A DNA stretch of 43,876 bases from Burkholderiales bacterium (lineage in GTDB: Bacteria > Pseudomonadota > Gammaproteobacteria > Burkholderiales > SG8-41): NCBI GenBank assembly GCA_046715035.1, contig JBKJZR010000168.1, forward strand, positions 1-43,876, read 5' to 3'. Made by a program: the position numbers and the translations under genes. Positions 26,924-37,413 of the stretch are shown piece by piece. The notes beneath the pieces are model-generated. The model worked only from the letters and a program-made list of their open reading frames with translations, did not search any database and was not told where the DNA came from. The stretch's first letter is position 1; each line of letters begins with the position of its first letter.

Positions 26924-27073
26924 CGGAAGTACGGCGCTTCTGACGCGCGCTTTCAGCGCGCCGGTTCGAGCACGATACTGCACCGCTCGCGAATATCAAT
27001 TGTCTGCGTTTCATATCGCCTCGCTCTGCGGGGACTGCAGGGAGATGTTCTTGCGCCTTGCGCCTCGCGGCCG

Positions 27074-27697
27074 TCAGGCCGCCACCGGCACGCTCATACC
27101 GCGCTGCACCGCCGGGCGCGCCGCTATCGTGTCGTACCAGCGTTTAACGTTGGGGAACTCGGCGAGGTCGACCTGGTGCCACTCGAAACGCGCGACCCAC
27201 GGGTAAGTCGCGATGTCGGCGATCGAGTATTCGCTCGCCAGATACTCATGACCCGCCAGGTGCCGGTCGAGGACGCCGTACAGCCGGCGCGTTTCGGTCT
27301 GATAACGCTCGATGGCGTACGGGACCGGCTCTTTGGCGGCACGCAGAAAATGGTGCACCTGGCCGAACATCGGCCCTACACCGCCCATCTGGAACATGAG
27401 CCACTGCAGGGCATCGTACTTGCCGCGTTCCGACCGCGGCAGCAGCCGGCCGGTCTTGCCCGCGAGATAAACGAGGATCGCGCCGGATTCCATCATCGTA
27501 TAGGGCTGTCCGCCGGGGCCTGCGGAATCGACGATCGCGGGAATCTTGCTGTTCGGGTTGATCGCAATGAAGGCGGGATTGAACTGGTCGCCTTTGCCGA
27601 TGTTGATCGCGTGCACTTGGTACGGCAGCTCTACTTCCTCGAGCATGATCGACACCTTGCGGCCGTTGGGCGTAGTCCAGGTGTATAGATCTATCAT
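27074..27697 (-). CDS. Glutathione S-transferase (YfcG/Nu class-like)
   Basis: MIDLYTWTTPNGRK, INPNSKIPAI, ESGAIL, WLMFQMGGVGPMFGQ; start overlaps the cca stop. Confidence 0.93.
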   Translation of the reverse strand: MIDLYTWTTPNGRKVSIMLEEVELPYQVHAINIGKGDQFNPAFIAINPNSKIPAIVDSAGPGGQPYTMMESGAILVYLAGKTGRLLPRSERGKYDALQWLMFQMGGVGPMFGQVHHFLRAAKEPVPYAIERYQTETRRLYGVLDRHLAGHEYLASEYSIADIATYPWVARFEWHQVDLAEFPNVKRWYDTIAARPAVQRGMSVPVAA

Positions 27698-28851
27698 TCG
27701 TCCTCCTTGGCCGGCGCGCGACGGGCCCGGGGAAGCGCCGCGCCGAGCGCGTCGCGGATCGCCGCGGTCCTCGCGCGCGCAACCTGCTGTTTGATTTTCT
27801 GTGGCTCGGTTTCCTGGCTGGCGATGGCGCCGGCATCGACTGCCTGGGCGGCGGCGAGGGCCGCCCGCAGGCACGCGGACTGCGGAAACGATGCGTCGTT
27901 TTCGCGCAGCGCGCGCACCTCGCAAACTTCGAGCATCTCCATGAAACGTTCCGGTCTGCGCAGCGCGTCCACTGACTGCAGCAACCGCAGGACCGCGTCC
28001 GCCCTGACCGCCGCGACTTGGCTGATATCCGCGCAATAACGCGCAGCGAGCAGCGCCAGCTCGCCCACATCCTGGGGCACCCGCAGGCGCTCGCACAATT
28101 CGGCTATCGCGGCTTCACCGGCGCCCATCGCCAGGACGGCAAAGCGCTGCGCCAGCCCGAGACCACGTGTGGCGGCCGCATCGACCACCTGCGGCGTGCG
28201 CTTGCCCGCGAACCCGGCAAACTGTCCCGCCAGCTCGGGCAGCACCATCGCCAGCGCCCCGCAGTCGTCGAGCACGCGAAACATGCGCGACGGCTCGCGC
28301 TCCATCAGGCCGCGCGCGAGCTCCTGCCACACGCGCTCTGGAACGAGCGCGTCGACTTCCCCATTGGCGACCATTTCGCCCATCAGCGTGAGGGTCTCGG
28401 GAGCGAGGACGAAGCCAAACCGCGCGCTGAAGCGCGCGACCCGCAGTATGCGCACGGGATCTTCGACGAAAGCGGGACCGACGTGACGCAGGACGCGCGC
28501 GGCCAGGTCGGCTGCTCCGCCGAAAGGATCGATGACGTTGCCCGCCTCGTCCTTGGCGATCGCGTTGATCGTGAGGTCGCGCCGCTCCAGATCCTGCTCG
28601 AGCGTGATCTCCGGCGCAGCCTGAAACTCGAAGCCGCGATAGCCCCTCGCGATCTTGCGCTCGGTGCGCGCCAGCGCGTACTCTTCGTGCGTCTCGGGAT
28701 GCAGAAAGACCGGGAAATCATTACCCACCGGTTTGTAGCCGAGCGCGATCATCTGCTCGGGCGTTGCCCCCACCACGACGTAGTCGCGATCCTGCACCGG
28801 CAAGCCCAGCAGCTCGTCGCGCACCGCTCCGCCGACCGAATAGATTTTCAC
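27694..28851 (-). CDS. cca: CCA tRNA nucleotidyltransferase
   Basis: GTG 28851; VGGAVRD..LG..DRD, RRDLTINA, EDPVRILR..RF. Confidence 0.93.
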   Translation of the reverse strand: MKIYSVGGAVRDELLGLPVQDRDYVVVGATPEQMIALGYKPVGNDFPVFLHPETHEEYALARTERKIARGYRGFEFQAAPEITLEQDLERRDLTINAIAKDEAGNVIDPFGGAADLAARVLRHVGPAFVEDPVRILRVARFSARFGFVLAPETLTLMGEMVANGEVDALVPERVWQELARGLMEREPSRMFRVLDDCGALAMVLPELAGQFAGFAGKRTPQVVDAAATRGLGLAQRFAVLAMGAGEAAIAELCERLRVPQDVGELALLAARYCADISQVAAVRADAVLRLLQSVDALRRPERFMEMLEVCEVRALRENDASFPQSACLRAALAAAQAVDAGAIASQETEPQKIKQQVARARTAAIRDALGAALPRARRAPAKEDE

Positions 28852-29510
28852 GGTGTTGCGTAGGGCTCGTCGGCGGCAACGAATGCGCTTTCCCGGCGCG
28901 CGGCCGCCATCCATTCCTGAACCGCTGGCAGCGCGCGCACCGCATCGGCGTAGGCTCGCGCAACCGGCGGCAGGTCGACTGCATACGTCATGAAACGCAT
29001 CACCACCGGTGCGTAGTAGGCGTCCGCCACGCCAAAGCTGCCGAAGAGCAGCGCGCCGTTGCGGCCGTAGTCCTCCCGACACGACTGCCAGATGGCGGCG
29101 ACGCGGTCGATATCCCTGCGCACGGCGGGATTCATGCCCTTGCCGGGATGAGCGCTGCGGATGTTCATCGGCATGGATGCCCGCAGATCACGGAAACCGG
29201 CGTGCATTTCCGCGCAGATCGAACGCGCCACCTGGCGCGCACGCGCTTGCGCCGGCCACAGGCCTTGCTGTGGATGCATTTCCGCAATGGTCTCGCAGAT
29301 CGCCAGCGTATCCCATACCGGCGCGCCATTCGCCAGCAACACCGGCACCAGTCCTGTCGGCGAGTAGGCTTCAGCGCCTTGTGCGCGGGCGTCGGCGTTG
29401 AACTCGAGCTGCACTTCCTCGAACGCAATGCCGGCCTGGCGCAGCAGCACCCAAGGGCGCATCGACCACGACGAGTAGTTCTTGTTGCCGATAACGAGGG
29501 CATATTCCAC
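28848..29510 (-). CDS. Glutathione S-transferase family protein
   Basis: GNKNYSSWSMRPW, SPTGLVPVL, AEMHAGF, ADAYYAPV; start GTG 29510. Confidence 0.92.
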   Translation of the reverse strand: MEYALVIGNKNYSSWSMRPWVLLRQAGIAFEEVQLEFNADARAQGAEAYSPTGLVPVLLANGAPVWDTLAICETIAEMHPQQGLWPAQARARQVARSICAEMHAGFRDLRASMPMNIRSAHPGKGMNPAVRRDIDRVAAIWQSCREDYGRNGALLFGSFGVADAYYAPVVMRFMTYAVDLPPVARAYADAVRALPAVQEWMAAARRESAFVAADEPYATP

Positions 29511-29514
29511 AGCT

Positions 29515-30465
29515 TCAGCGCTCCACCGGCCGGCCCGCGCGATCCCGATAGCCACGGTAGCGCGCCCGCGGAAAATCGCTGCCGAGATAAGTCGGTGCGA
29601 CAACTTCGATCGCCGTCGGCTGAATGCCGAACGGGAATGGCTGGCTGCACACGTTGTCGACTTTCATCGAATGATAATTGTCGCGGCTCATCAGCTTCAC
29701 CGGCAGTAATTCGAGTAACCAGGCCTGCAGATAGGACAGCGGGTCGCTGAGTCCGATGATCGGGCGTTGGCGCCCGGTCATCGCGCCGACGAGCGTTACC
29801 AGCTCGCGCAACGTGTACGCCCGCGGCCCGCACAAACTGTACGTTTGACCAAACGTTGCACGGTCTTCGAGAGCGCGCACGTACGCACTCGCGACGTCTT
29901 CGACATGTACGGGCTGGAAGCGCGCCCGGGGGCTCGCGAGCACCATCACGGGAAACCATCTGAGCAGGCCGGCGAACATGTTCAGGAAGCGGTCCCCTTG
30001 GCCGAACACGACCGACGGACGGAAAATCGTCCAGTCGAGCCCCGACCCACGCACGATTGCCTCGGCCTGGCCCTTGGTGCGCTGATACTTGCTCGGCCCC
30101 TGCTCGTCAGCGCCGAGTGCGCTCATATGCAAATACCGGGCGCAGCCGTTCGCGCGGGTCGCTGCGATGACCTTGCGCGTCAGCTCGACGTGCGCCTGTT
30201 CGAAGCCGCGCTCGCCCGGTGCATCGTGCAGCACCCCCACGAGGTTGATCACTGCGTCCGCGTCGCGCGTTAGGCGAACGAGCTCGATTTCATCGTGCAC
30301 GTCCGCGTCGACCACATCCACTGTCGGCAGCAGAATCAGCCGCTTCGCGGCTTCGCGCCGCCGCGTCGGCACGCACACCTGGAACTTCGCGGTGCTCAGC
30401 AGTTGCACGATGTGGCGCCCGACGAAGCCGCTGCCGCCCAGCACCATTACTCGCTTGATTTCCAT
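29515..30465 (-). CDS. Complex I NDUFA9-like NAD(P)-binding protein
   Basis: GGSGFVG, HMSALGA, YQRTK, RPSVVFG, QPVHVEDVA. Confidence 0.9.
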   Translation of the reverse strand: MEIKRVMVLGGSGFVGRHIVQLLSTAKFQVCVPTRRREAAKRLILLPTVDVVDADVHDEIELVRLTRDADAVINLVGVLHDAPGERGFEQAHVELTRKVIAATRANGCARYLHMSALGADEQGPSKYQRTKGQAEAIVRGSGLDWTIFRPSVVFGQGDRFLNMFAGLLRWFPVMVLASPRARFQPVHVEDVASAYVRALEDRATFGQTYSLCGPRAYTLRELVTLVGAMTGRQRPIIGLSDPLSYLQAWLLELLPVKLMSRDNYHSMKVDNVCSQPFPFGIQPTAIEVVAPTYLGSDFPRARYRGYRDRAGRPVER

Positions 30466-30498
30466 CTTGTCGCTGCTGGCCCAGCCATTGGCTTGCCG

Positions 30499-32433
30499 TC
30501 AGCCTCCCGGTTCGTCCAACGGCCTGTCGGCGCTGCGCGGGCGCGGTGCAATGATGCCGATGCGCTCCTTGAGCGTAATCATGGACTGGCCGAACAGCTG
30601 GCCATAGTAGGTGGCATTGCTCATCACTTTCTTGACGTAATCGCGCGTCTCGTTGAACGGTATGCTTTCGGTATAGATCGCGGCCTCCATCGGTCCCTCG
30701 CCGCGCCAGGCGCGAGCGCGGCCCGGGCCGGCATTGTAGGCGGCAGATGCGAGCACCGGATGATTGTCGAGCGTTTCGAGCACGTGTTTCATATACCACG
30801 TGCCGAGATTGATGTTGGTCTCGATCTCGTTGGTCTGCGCACCGCTGAAGTTCCTGAGGCCGAGCTTTTGCGCCACCCAGCGAGCGGTGGCGGGCATGAG
30901 CTGCATCAGCCCGCTCGCACCCGCGCTCGACTTCGCGTTGGCGATAAAGCGGCTTTCCTGACGGATGAGGCCATGAACCCACGCTTCGTCCAGTCGCTGC
31001 TGGCCGGCGTAGTCCTTCGTCACTTCGCGATAGGGCGCCAGGTAGCGCATGCTGAAATCATGCAGCTCGCGAGTGCGATCGGCCGTGTTGATCGCGCGAT
31101 CGTAAAGATCGTTGCGACGGGCGAGCTCCGCCGCCGCCAGCAGCTCCTTGTCGTCGAGGCCGCGGATCGTCCAGTTCCACTCGCGGTTGCCTTCGAAGCG
31201 CAGGTTCAGCCGATAAAACGCCAGCGCGCGCTGGAGCCCGGGGAGCCTGCCGATCGCCTGCACTTCCTCCCTGGAGGGTTTATAGGTCGCGGGCGGCGCC
31301 TGATTGCGCAGGCCCAGTTCTTCCGCCGCGAGCTGGCCATAGAAGCTGTACTCCGCAGCCAGCGGTGTAAGCAGTGCTTGCGCCTCGGCCGGACGCCCCT
31401 GTGTTTTCAGCGCTCGCGCTTTCCAGTATCGCCACGCGGGATCCTGCGCCTCCTTGGCCGACATCGCGTCGATCCCCGTCAGGACATCGCCCCAGCTGCG
31501 CGCGCGCAGCGCCGTGCGCACCTTCCACGCCAGCTGAAAATCGGCAAGATCGCCGGCCTGCGCAAACCAGCGCAGTGCGCTCGGATCGTGGCGTTGCGCG
31601 CCATTTAGCGCTATCAGCCCCCACACGTAGCCGCGCTCGGCTACGCTGAAGCGCTCGCTGAGCTTCACCCATTGTTGCGCCGCCAGCTGCGGGGACGTGC
31701 GCGCGAGCCGGTGGACGGCGAACATCACCGTCTCGCGCCCGGCACGCGACTGGAGGTTGTAGGTTTTCTTGTCGAGATAGGCCTGCGCATTGACCGCAAT
31801 CGAGGCCAGGGCCTGCGGGTCGGGCTGCTCGCCCGCGGGCAGGAACTCGGCCACGCGACGCGCGACGCCGGTATTTCCCGACTCGAGCGCGAGCCGGATG
31901 CGCGTCCAGACATCGTCTGCGGACAACCGCCTGCGCTCCGCCAGCCCATTGAAAACTACGTTGCAGCTCTCGGGTAGCTCGCGCCCCGAAAACCACAGCG
32001 TGCGCGCATGGCTGAGCGCTTCCGAGCCCCCGGCGCGCAGCCGGCTCTGCAGCGAATAACACAATAGCTCGGTATCTTCGGCAGTCAGCTGGGGGTATTC
32101 CGCATCGAAGAGCTCCCATTGCTGCTTCATGCCCAGCAGCTTGAGCCAGTCAGCGCGCAGACGATCGGCGAGCGGCCCGTCCTTAAGGCGCTCGATCGTC
32201 GCACTGATTTCGGCAGGGGCAGCGCTGTCGAGCCGGAGCTTCAACAGCCAGTAGGCGACGTAAGGCTCGAGCACGTGTTCGTTCAGGGCCCGGGCATAGC
32301 GTTCGAGCTTGACGAGATCGCCGGCGCGGAACGCATCGCGTGCCACGAGAAAGTTGTCGTCCTGACCGGCGGCATGGCCCGGCAGCGCCAACCACGCCCA
32401 GCCAACCATCGCAATGATGCAGAAGTGTTTCAC
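30499..32433 (-). CDS. slt: Soluble lytic murein transglycosylase (Slt70-like)
   Basis: IRQESRF, GASGLMQLMP, AAYNAGP, ETRDYVKKV. Confidence 0.93.
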   Translation of the reverse strand: MKHFCIIAMVGWAWLALPGHAAGQDDNFLVARDAFRAGDLVKLERYARALNEHVLEPYVAYWLLKLRLDSAAPAEISATIERLKDGPLADRLRADWLKLLGMKQQWELFDAEYPQLTAEDTELLCYSLQSRLRAGGSEALSHARTLWFSGRELPESCNVVFNGLAERRRLSADDVWTRIRLALESGNTGVARRVAEFLPAGEQPDPQALASIAVNAQAYLDKKTYNLQSRAGRETVMFAVHRLARTSPQLAAQQWVKLSERFSVAERGYVWGLIALNGAQRHDPSALRWFAQAGDLADFQLAWKVRTALRARSWGDVLTGIDAMSAKEAQDPAWRYWKARALKTQGRPAEAQALLTPLAAEYSFYGQLAAEELGLRNQAPPATYKPSREEVQAIGRLPGLQRALAFYRLNLRFEGNREWNWTIRGLDDKELLAAAELARRNDLYDRAINTADRTRELHDFSMRYLAPYREVTKDYAGQQRLDEAWVHGLIRQESRFIANAKSSAGASGLMQLMPATARWVAQKLGLRNFSGAQTNEIETNINLGTWYMKHVLETLDNHPVLASAAYNAGPGRARAWRGEGPMEAAIYTESIPFNETRDYVKKVMSNATYYGQLFGQSMITLKERIGIIAPRPRSADRPLDEPGG

Positions 32434-32614
32434 AGGTACTTAATTCTAACGGTTTTTTGGCGGCGCTCTGCCAGCAATTCGACGGTATAAAGCAGCATAG
32501 CTACGCCAACGGCCCAAAGCGCGGCGCAGATGACAACGGCAGGGTCGGTGACATGCGGTGCCGGCTTTCTGCTGGCGGTCGCTGACTGCGCGGTACACCT
32601 GTGAACGGCCGCCG

Positions 32615-34126
32615 CTAACCGAGAAACAGGCGGTAGGCGGGATTGCGCGTCTCGTCCGAATACGGGTAACCGACCCTGGCCAGAAACGCTTTGTACTTGG
32701 ACTTGTCGCCCGGCGGGACCTGCATGCCCACCAGCACGCGCCCATAGTCCGCACCGTGATTGCGGTAATGAAAAAGGCTGATGTTCCAGCCATGCTGCAT
32801 GCTGTTGAGAAACTTGAGCAGGGCGCCGGGTCGCTCGGGAAACTCGAAGCGGTAGAGTATCTCGTGCTCGACGGCCGGGGCGTGTCCGCCGACCAGATGG
32901 CGCACGTGCAACTTGGCGAGCTCATTGTCACTCAGGTCCAGCGCGTGCAGGCCCTGCCTGCGCAGGGCGCGCACCAGCCGCGCGGTCTCCGCGCTGTCGT
33001 GCACCTGCACCCCGACGAATACATGCGCCGCGCGGCTGTCCGCGTAGCGATAGTTGAACTCGGTCACGTTGCGCGGCCCGAGCAGGGAGCAGAACTTGCG
33101 GAAACTGCCGGGCTGCTCGGGGATGGTGACCGCCAGCACCGCCTCGCGCTTCTCGCCCAGCTCGGCCTCCTCGGCGATGAAGCGCAGCCGGTCGAAATTC
33201 ATGTTCGCGCCGCAGGCCACCGCCACCAGCGTCTTGCCACGCACCCCGCGGCGCGCGACCCACGCCTTGGCCCCCGCGATCGCCAGCGCTCCGGCGGGCT
33301 CGAGAATCGCGCGCGTGTCCTCGAAGACGTCCTTGATCGCGGCGCAGATCGCATCCGTGTCGACCCGCACGACCTCGTCGACCAGCTCGCGGCAGATGCG
33401 GAAAGTCTCCACGCCGACCTGCCTGACCGCGACGCCGTCGGCAAACAAGCCCACCTGCTCGAGCCGCACGCGCCTGCCGGCCTTGAGCGAGCGGTACATC
33501 GCGTCGGCATCGACGGGTTCGACGCCGATCACCTTGATCTCGGGGCGCAGGCGCTTCGTGTAAGCGGCAATGCCGGAGATCAGCCCGCCGCCACCGATGG
33601 CCACGAATATCGCGTCGATCCTGCGCTGCGTCTGTCGCAGAATTTCCATCGCGATCGTACCCTGTCCGGCGATCACGTCCGGGTCGTCGTAAGGGTGCAC
33701 GAACGTGAGCTTGTGCCGCCGCGCGAGCAGGCGCGAATGCGCGTACGCCGCATCGTAAGAATCGCCTTCGAGCACGACCTTCGCGCCACGCGCCGCCACG
33801 GCGCTGATCTTGATCTGCGGGGTCGTGATCGGCATCACGATGGTGGCGCGGCATTTCAGCTTCTGCGCCGCAAGCGCCACTCCCTGGGCATGGTTGCCTG
33901 CCGAAGCAGCGATCACGCCGCGAGCGAGCGCCGCGGGAGAGAGCCGGACCATCTTGTTATAGGCGCCACGCAGCTTGAACGAGAATATCGGCTGCATGTC
34001 CTCGCGTTTCAGCAGCAGGGTATTGTTCAGCCGCGCGGAGAGATTGGGAGCGCGCTCGAGCGGAGATTCGATGGCGACATCGTAAACGCGCGCCTTGAGT
34101 ATGCGCTCCAGGTAATCGATCTTCAT
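32615..34126 (-). CDS. ilvA: Threonine ammonia-lyase, biosynthetic
   Basis: KREDMQPIFSFKLRGA, SAGNHAQG, GGGGL, two ACT-like domains (PEQPGSF, PERPGAL). Confidence 0.98.
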   Translation of the reverse strand: MKIDYLERILKARVYDVAIESPLERAPNLSARLNNTLLLKREDMQPIFSFKLRGAYNKMVRLSPAALARGVIAASAGNHAQGVALAAQKLKCRATIVMPITTPQIKISAVAARGAKVVLEGDSYDAAYAHSRLLARRHKLTFVHPYDDPDVIAGQGTIAMEILRQTQRRIDAIFVAIGGGGLISGIAAYTKRLRPEIKVIGVEPVDADAMYRSLKAGRRVRLEQVGLFADGVAVRQVGVETFRICRELVDEVVRVDTDAICAAIKDVFEDTRAILEPAGALAIAGAKAWVARRGVRGKTLVAVACGANMNFDRLRFIAEEAELGEKREAVLAVTIPEQPGSFRKFCSLLGPRNVTEFNYRYADSRAAHVFVGVQVHDSAETARLVRALRRQGLHALDLSDNELAKLHVRHLVGGHAPAVEHEILYRFEFPERPGALLKFLNSMQHGWNISLFHYRNHGADYGRVLVGMQVPPGDKSKYKAFLARVGYPYSDETRNPAYRLFLG

Positions 34127-34296
34127 TCGGTTGCAACGGGCAGCGGTGGAGCTAGAGAGTAGCAGGGTCGGACGCTTTTTACCACGCGCGGCCCCCTCCC
34201 TGATGGGGGGTACGCGGCTCGTCGGCGCGCGCCGGCGTGTACCTGCTTGGAGGCGCGCGGGTTTACCGTCGCTCGCATAGCGATTACCATGGCCGC

Positions 34297-34956
34297 ATGA
34301 CCCAGGAGCAAATGAAGCAGGCTGCCGCGAGGGCTGCGCTCGCTTACGTGCCGGCGGGGAGCATCGTCGGCGTAGGCACCGGCTCGACTGCGAATTTCTT
34401 CATCGATGAGCTCGCACGCATCCGCAGCCGCTTCGATGGCGCGGTGGCGAGCTCGGCAGCGACGGCGCAGCGGCTCCAGCGCTGCGGTATCGAGGTCCAC
34501 GATCTGAACAGCGTCGATGAGCTGCCGGTCTACGTCGACGGCGCCGACGAGATCACGCACCATCTAACGATGATCAAGGGCGGCGGCGGCGCGCTCACGC
34601 GCGAGAAGATCGTCGCTGCGGTGGCGGCAAAGTTCGTCTGCATCGGCGACGAATCCAAACTCGTCGACGTGCTCGGCAGGTTCCCGCTTCCTGTAGAGGT
34701 CATTCCGATGGCGCGATCCTATGTCGCGCGCGAGCTGGTCAAGCTCGGCGGACAGCCGGCGCTGCGCGCGGGATACACCACCGATAACGGCAATCTCATC
34801 CTCGACGTGCACAAGTTGCAGATCGTGAAACCCCTGGAGCTGGAGAGCACGCTGAACCAGATCGTCGGCGTGGTTGCGAGCGGGCTGTTTGCACGCCGCG
34901 GCGCAGACGTGCTGCTGCTCGGCACCGCTGCGGGGGTGCAGACGCTGACCCGCTGA
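34297..34956 (+). CDS. rpiA: Ribose-5-phosphate isomerase A
   Basis: [33 protein letters not shown]; start ATG 34297. Confidence 0.98.
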   Translation: MTQEQMKQAAARAALAYVPAGSIVGVGTGSTANFFIDELARIRSRFDGAVASSAATAQRLQRCGIEVHDLNSVDELPVYVDGADEITHHLTMIKGGGGALTREKIVAAVAAKFVCIGDESKLVDVLGRFPLPVEVIPMARSYVARELVKLGGQPALRAGYTTDNGNLILDVHKLQIVKPLELESTLNQIVGVVASGLFARRGADVLLLGTAAGVQTLTR

Positions 34957-34960
34957 GCGT

Positions 34961-35005
34961 GTGTCATGATTGCGCAACATGTTTGTCACAATCCGCTGTT
35001 AGACT
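34961..35005 (+). promoter_or_regulatory. Pho-box-like promoter of phoU
   Basis: GTGTCAT (34961) and TTGTCAC (34983) 22 bp apart; TAGACT -10 element starts 10 nt after the last repeat. Confidence 0.6.
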
Positions 35006-35029
35006 TTTCCTTCTGCACAGGAGCCGAGG

Positions 35030-35746
35030 ATGCCCAGCTCAGAACACACCTCCAAGAAATTCGATGCCGAGCTCGAAGCGGTGCGCGCCCGCGTGCTGCA
35101 GATGGGTGGCATCGTCGAGGACCAGATCGTGCGCGGTCTCGATGCGCTGGCCAAAGGCGACACGGCATTGGCGGCGCGCGTGGTCGAGGATGATCATCGT
35201 GTCAACGCGCTCGAAGTGGCGATCGACGAGGATTGCAGCACCATCATCGCACGCCGCCAGCCGGCGGCCGGCGATCTGCGCATGCTGCTGATGATCGTCA
35301 AGACCATAACCGACCTCGAGCGCATCGGCGACGAGGCCGCTAAAATTGCGCGCATGACGCAGCGCATCTATGAATCGGACCGCCACCACATACCGCGGTC
35401 GACCGAAGTAAAACACGTGGCCGACATCGCGCTCGGCATGCTGCGCAATTCACTCGATGCATTTGCCCGCCTCGACCTGACGATCGCCGCCAAGGTCGTG
35501 CGCCAGGACGAGCAGGTCGACGACGAGTTTCGGCTCATTATTCGTCAGCTGATCACGTTCATGATGGAGGATCCCCGCACGATCTCGCATGCGCTCGAGA
35601 TTCTGTTTATCGCCAAGGCGGTCGAGCGCATCGGCGATCATGCGAAGAACATGTCCGAATACGTCGTCTATATGGTCAAGGGCAAGGACGTGCGGCACAC
35701 CGGGGTCGAAGCGATCGAGCGCGAAGCCCTGACCGCGCACCCGTGA
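35030..35746 (+). CDS. phoU: Phosphate signalling complex protein PhoU
   Basis: RRQPAAGDLR, DLERIGDEA, ERIGDHAKNMSE. Confidence 0.97.
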   Translation: MPSSEHTSKKFDAELEAVRARVLQMGGIVEDQIVRGLDALAKGDTALAARVVEDDHRVNALEVAIDEDCSTIIARRQPAAGDLRMLLMIVKTITDLERIGDEAAKIARMTQRIYESDRHHIPRSTEVKHVADIALGMLRNSLDAFARLDLTIAAKVVRQDEQVDDEFRLIIRQLITFMMEDPRTISHALEILFIAKAVERIGDHAKNMSEYVVYMVKGKDVRHTGVEAIEREALTAHP

Positions 35747-35846
35747 CGCGGCAAGAATCCGTAGCTTCGATATACAAGATTACCTATACTAAGAGCCGAA
35801 CCTGACCAGACACTGCGCACGATAACTGCGGGCCGATGACTCAATA

Positions 35847-37367
35847 ATGGCGGTCTATTCCACCCTCGCCGCGGTCGATCTCGGATCGAACTCCTTCCAC
35901 TTGCAGGCCGCCCGCGTCGTCGGCGACCAGATCTATCCCCTCGATGCACTGCGTGAGCCCATCCGGCTGGGGGCAGGTCTTACCCGCGACAAGCGCCTCG
36001 ACGAAGACTCCCAGCAGCGCGCGCTCGACTGCCTGAAGCGGTTCGCCGAGCGGCTGCGCGGTTTCGATCCACACGCGGTGCGCGCGGTCGGCACCAACAC
36101 GCTGCGGGTCGCCAAGAACGCCGGCGGCTTCCTCAAGCAGGCGCAAGCCACGCTCGGGTTCCCGATCGAAGTCGTGGCGGGGCGCGAGGAAGCGCGCCTG
36201 ATCTATGTGGGGGTATCACACAGCTTGCCCGCGTCGAAGGACAAGCGCCTGGTCGTCGACATCGGCGGCGGCTCGACCGAGTTCATCATCGGGCGCGGAT
36301 TCAAGCCGCTCAAGCTGGAAAGCACGTACATGGGCTGTGTAAGCTACAGCCTCAAGTATTTTCCCGGCGGCAAAGTCACCAAGGCCGCGATGAAGGCCGC
36401 CGAGCTGGCGGCACGCAACGAGCTGCAGACCATCATCGCCGGCTTTGCCAAAGGCAACTGGCAGCATGCCGTGGGCTCGTCGGGGAGCGCACGCGCTCTC
36501 GCGGAAATACTCCAGCTCAACGGCTACGCCGAGGCCGGCATCACCCCCGGCGGCCTCGAGCGGCTGCGCTCGGCGATGATCAAGGCCGGCGACGTCGCAC
36601 GCCTCGACCTCGAGGGTTTGAAAAGCGACCGCATCCCCGTGCTGCCCGGCGGACTCGCGATCATGAGTGCCGCGCTGTCCGCGCTGGAGATCGAAGACAT
36701 GGTCGTGGCCGGCGGCTCGATGCGCCAGGGCATACTTTACGATCTGCTCGGCCGGTTCCAGCACCACGACATGCGTGATATCACCGTATCGCAGTTCATG
36801 CAGCGCTATCACATCGATTCCAGGCAGGCGCGGCGCGTCGCGAGCCTCGCGCTGACCCTATATCGCAGCTTTACCGCCGGCACCGACGATGTCGACGAGT
36901 CTGCGCCGCATTACATCTCATGGGCAGCCAAGCTGCACGAGATCGGCATCTCGGTCGCTTACAGCGGCTATCACAAGCACTCCGCCTACATCGTCCAGAA
37001 TGCCGACATGCCGGGGTTTTCAAAAATGGAGCAATGGCGGCTCGCCACGCTGCTGCGCGCCCACCGCCGTTCTCTGAAGAAGATATTCACGCGCGACGTC
37101 GAGGTGATCGACTGGCGCATGGTGATGGCGTTGCGGTTAGCGGCGCTCATTTACCGCAGCCGGGCCGACGTGGCATTGCCCGAAATCGAAGCCAGAGTCC
37201 AGGGCCATACCCTCCGCCTCGCCCTGGACCGGGAGTGGCTGGCGCAAAACCCGTTGACCGTGACCGCGCTCCACGAAGAAATCGAGGATTGGAACGCCAT
37301 CGACTACAAGCTCGACATCAAGTCGCTGCGCGAGCTGGAAGCAAGCCTGGAAGCGCAGGCGGCATGA
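35847..37367 (+). CDS. ppx: Exopolyphosphatase (Ppx/GppA)
   Basis: AVDLGSNSFHL, GREEARL, DIGGGSTE, LHEIG...YHKHSAY. Confidence 0.95.
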   Translation: MAVYSTLAAVDLGSNSFHLQAARVVGDQIYPLDALREPIRLGAGLTRDKRLDEDSQQRALDCLKRFAERLRGFDPHAVRAVGTNTLRVAKNAGGFLKQAQATLGFPIEVVAGREEARLIYVGVSHSLPASKDKRLVVDIGGGSTEFIIGRGFKPLKLESTYMGCVSYSLKYFPGGKVTKAAMKAAELAARNELQTIIAGFAKGNWQHAVGSSGSARALAEILQLNGYAEAGITPGGLERLRSAMIKAGDVARLDLEGLKSDRIPVLPGGLAIMSAALSALEIEDMVVAGGSMRQGILYDLLGRFQHHDMRDITVSQFMQRYHIDSRQARRVASLALTLYRSFTAGTDDVDESAPHYISWAAKLHEIGISVAYSGYHKHSAYIVQNADMPGFSKMEQWRLATLLRAHRRSLKKIFTRDVEVIDWRMVMALRLAALIYRSRADVALPEIEARVQGHTLRLALDREWLAQNPLTVTALHEEIEDWNAIDYKLDIKSLRELEASLEAQAA

Positions 37368-37409
37368 TCGAGGATCGAGGACTGAGGAGAAGGCGCAATC
37401 CTCGATCCT
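37367..37409. terminator. Heptamer-repeat hairpin between convergent ppx and sixA
   Basis: ATCGAGG ATCGAGG ACTGAGG; 11-bp inverted repeat 37371-37381/37399-37409. Confidence 0.5.
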
Positions 37410-37413
37410 GCTT

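Noticed and set aside
35743-35805. 20-aa ORF MTRQESVASIYKITYTKSRT overlapping the phoU stop, faintly RelE-like
   Set aside because: Too short to support; may be just AT-rich promoter sequence for ppx.
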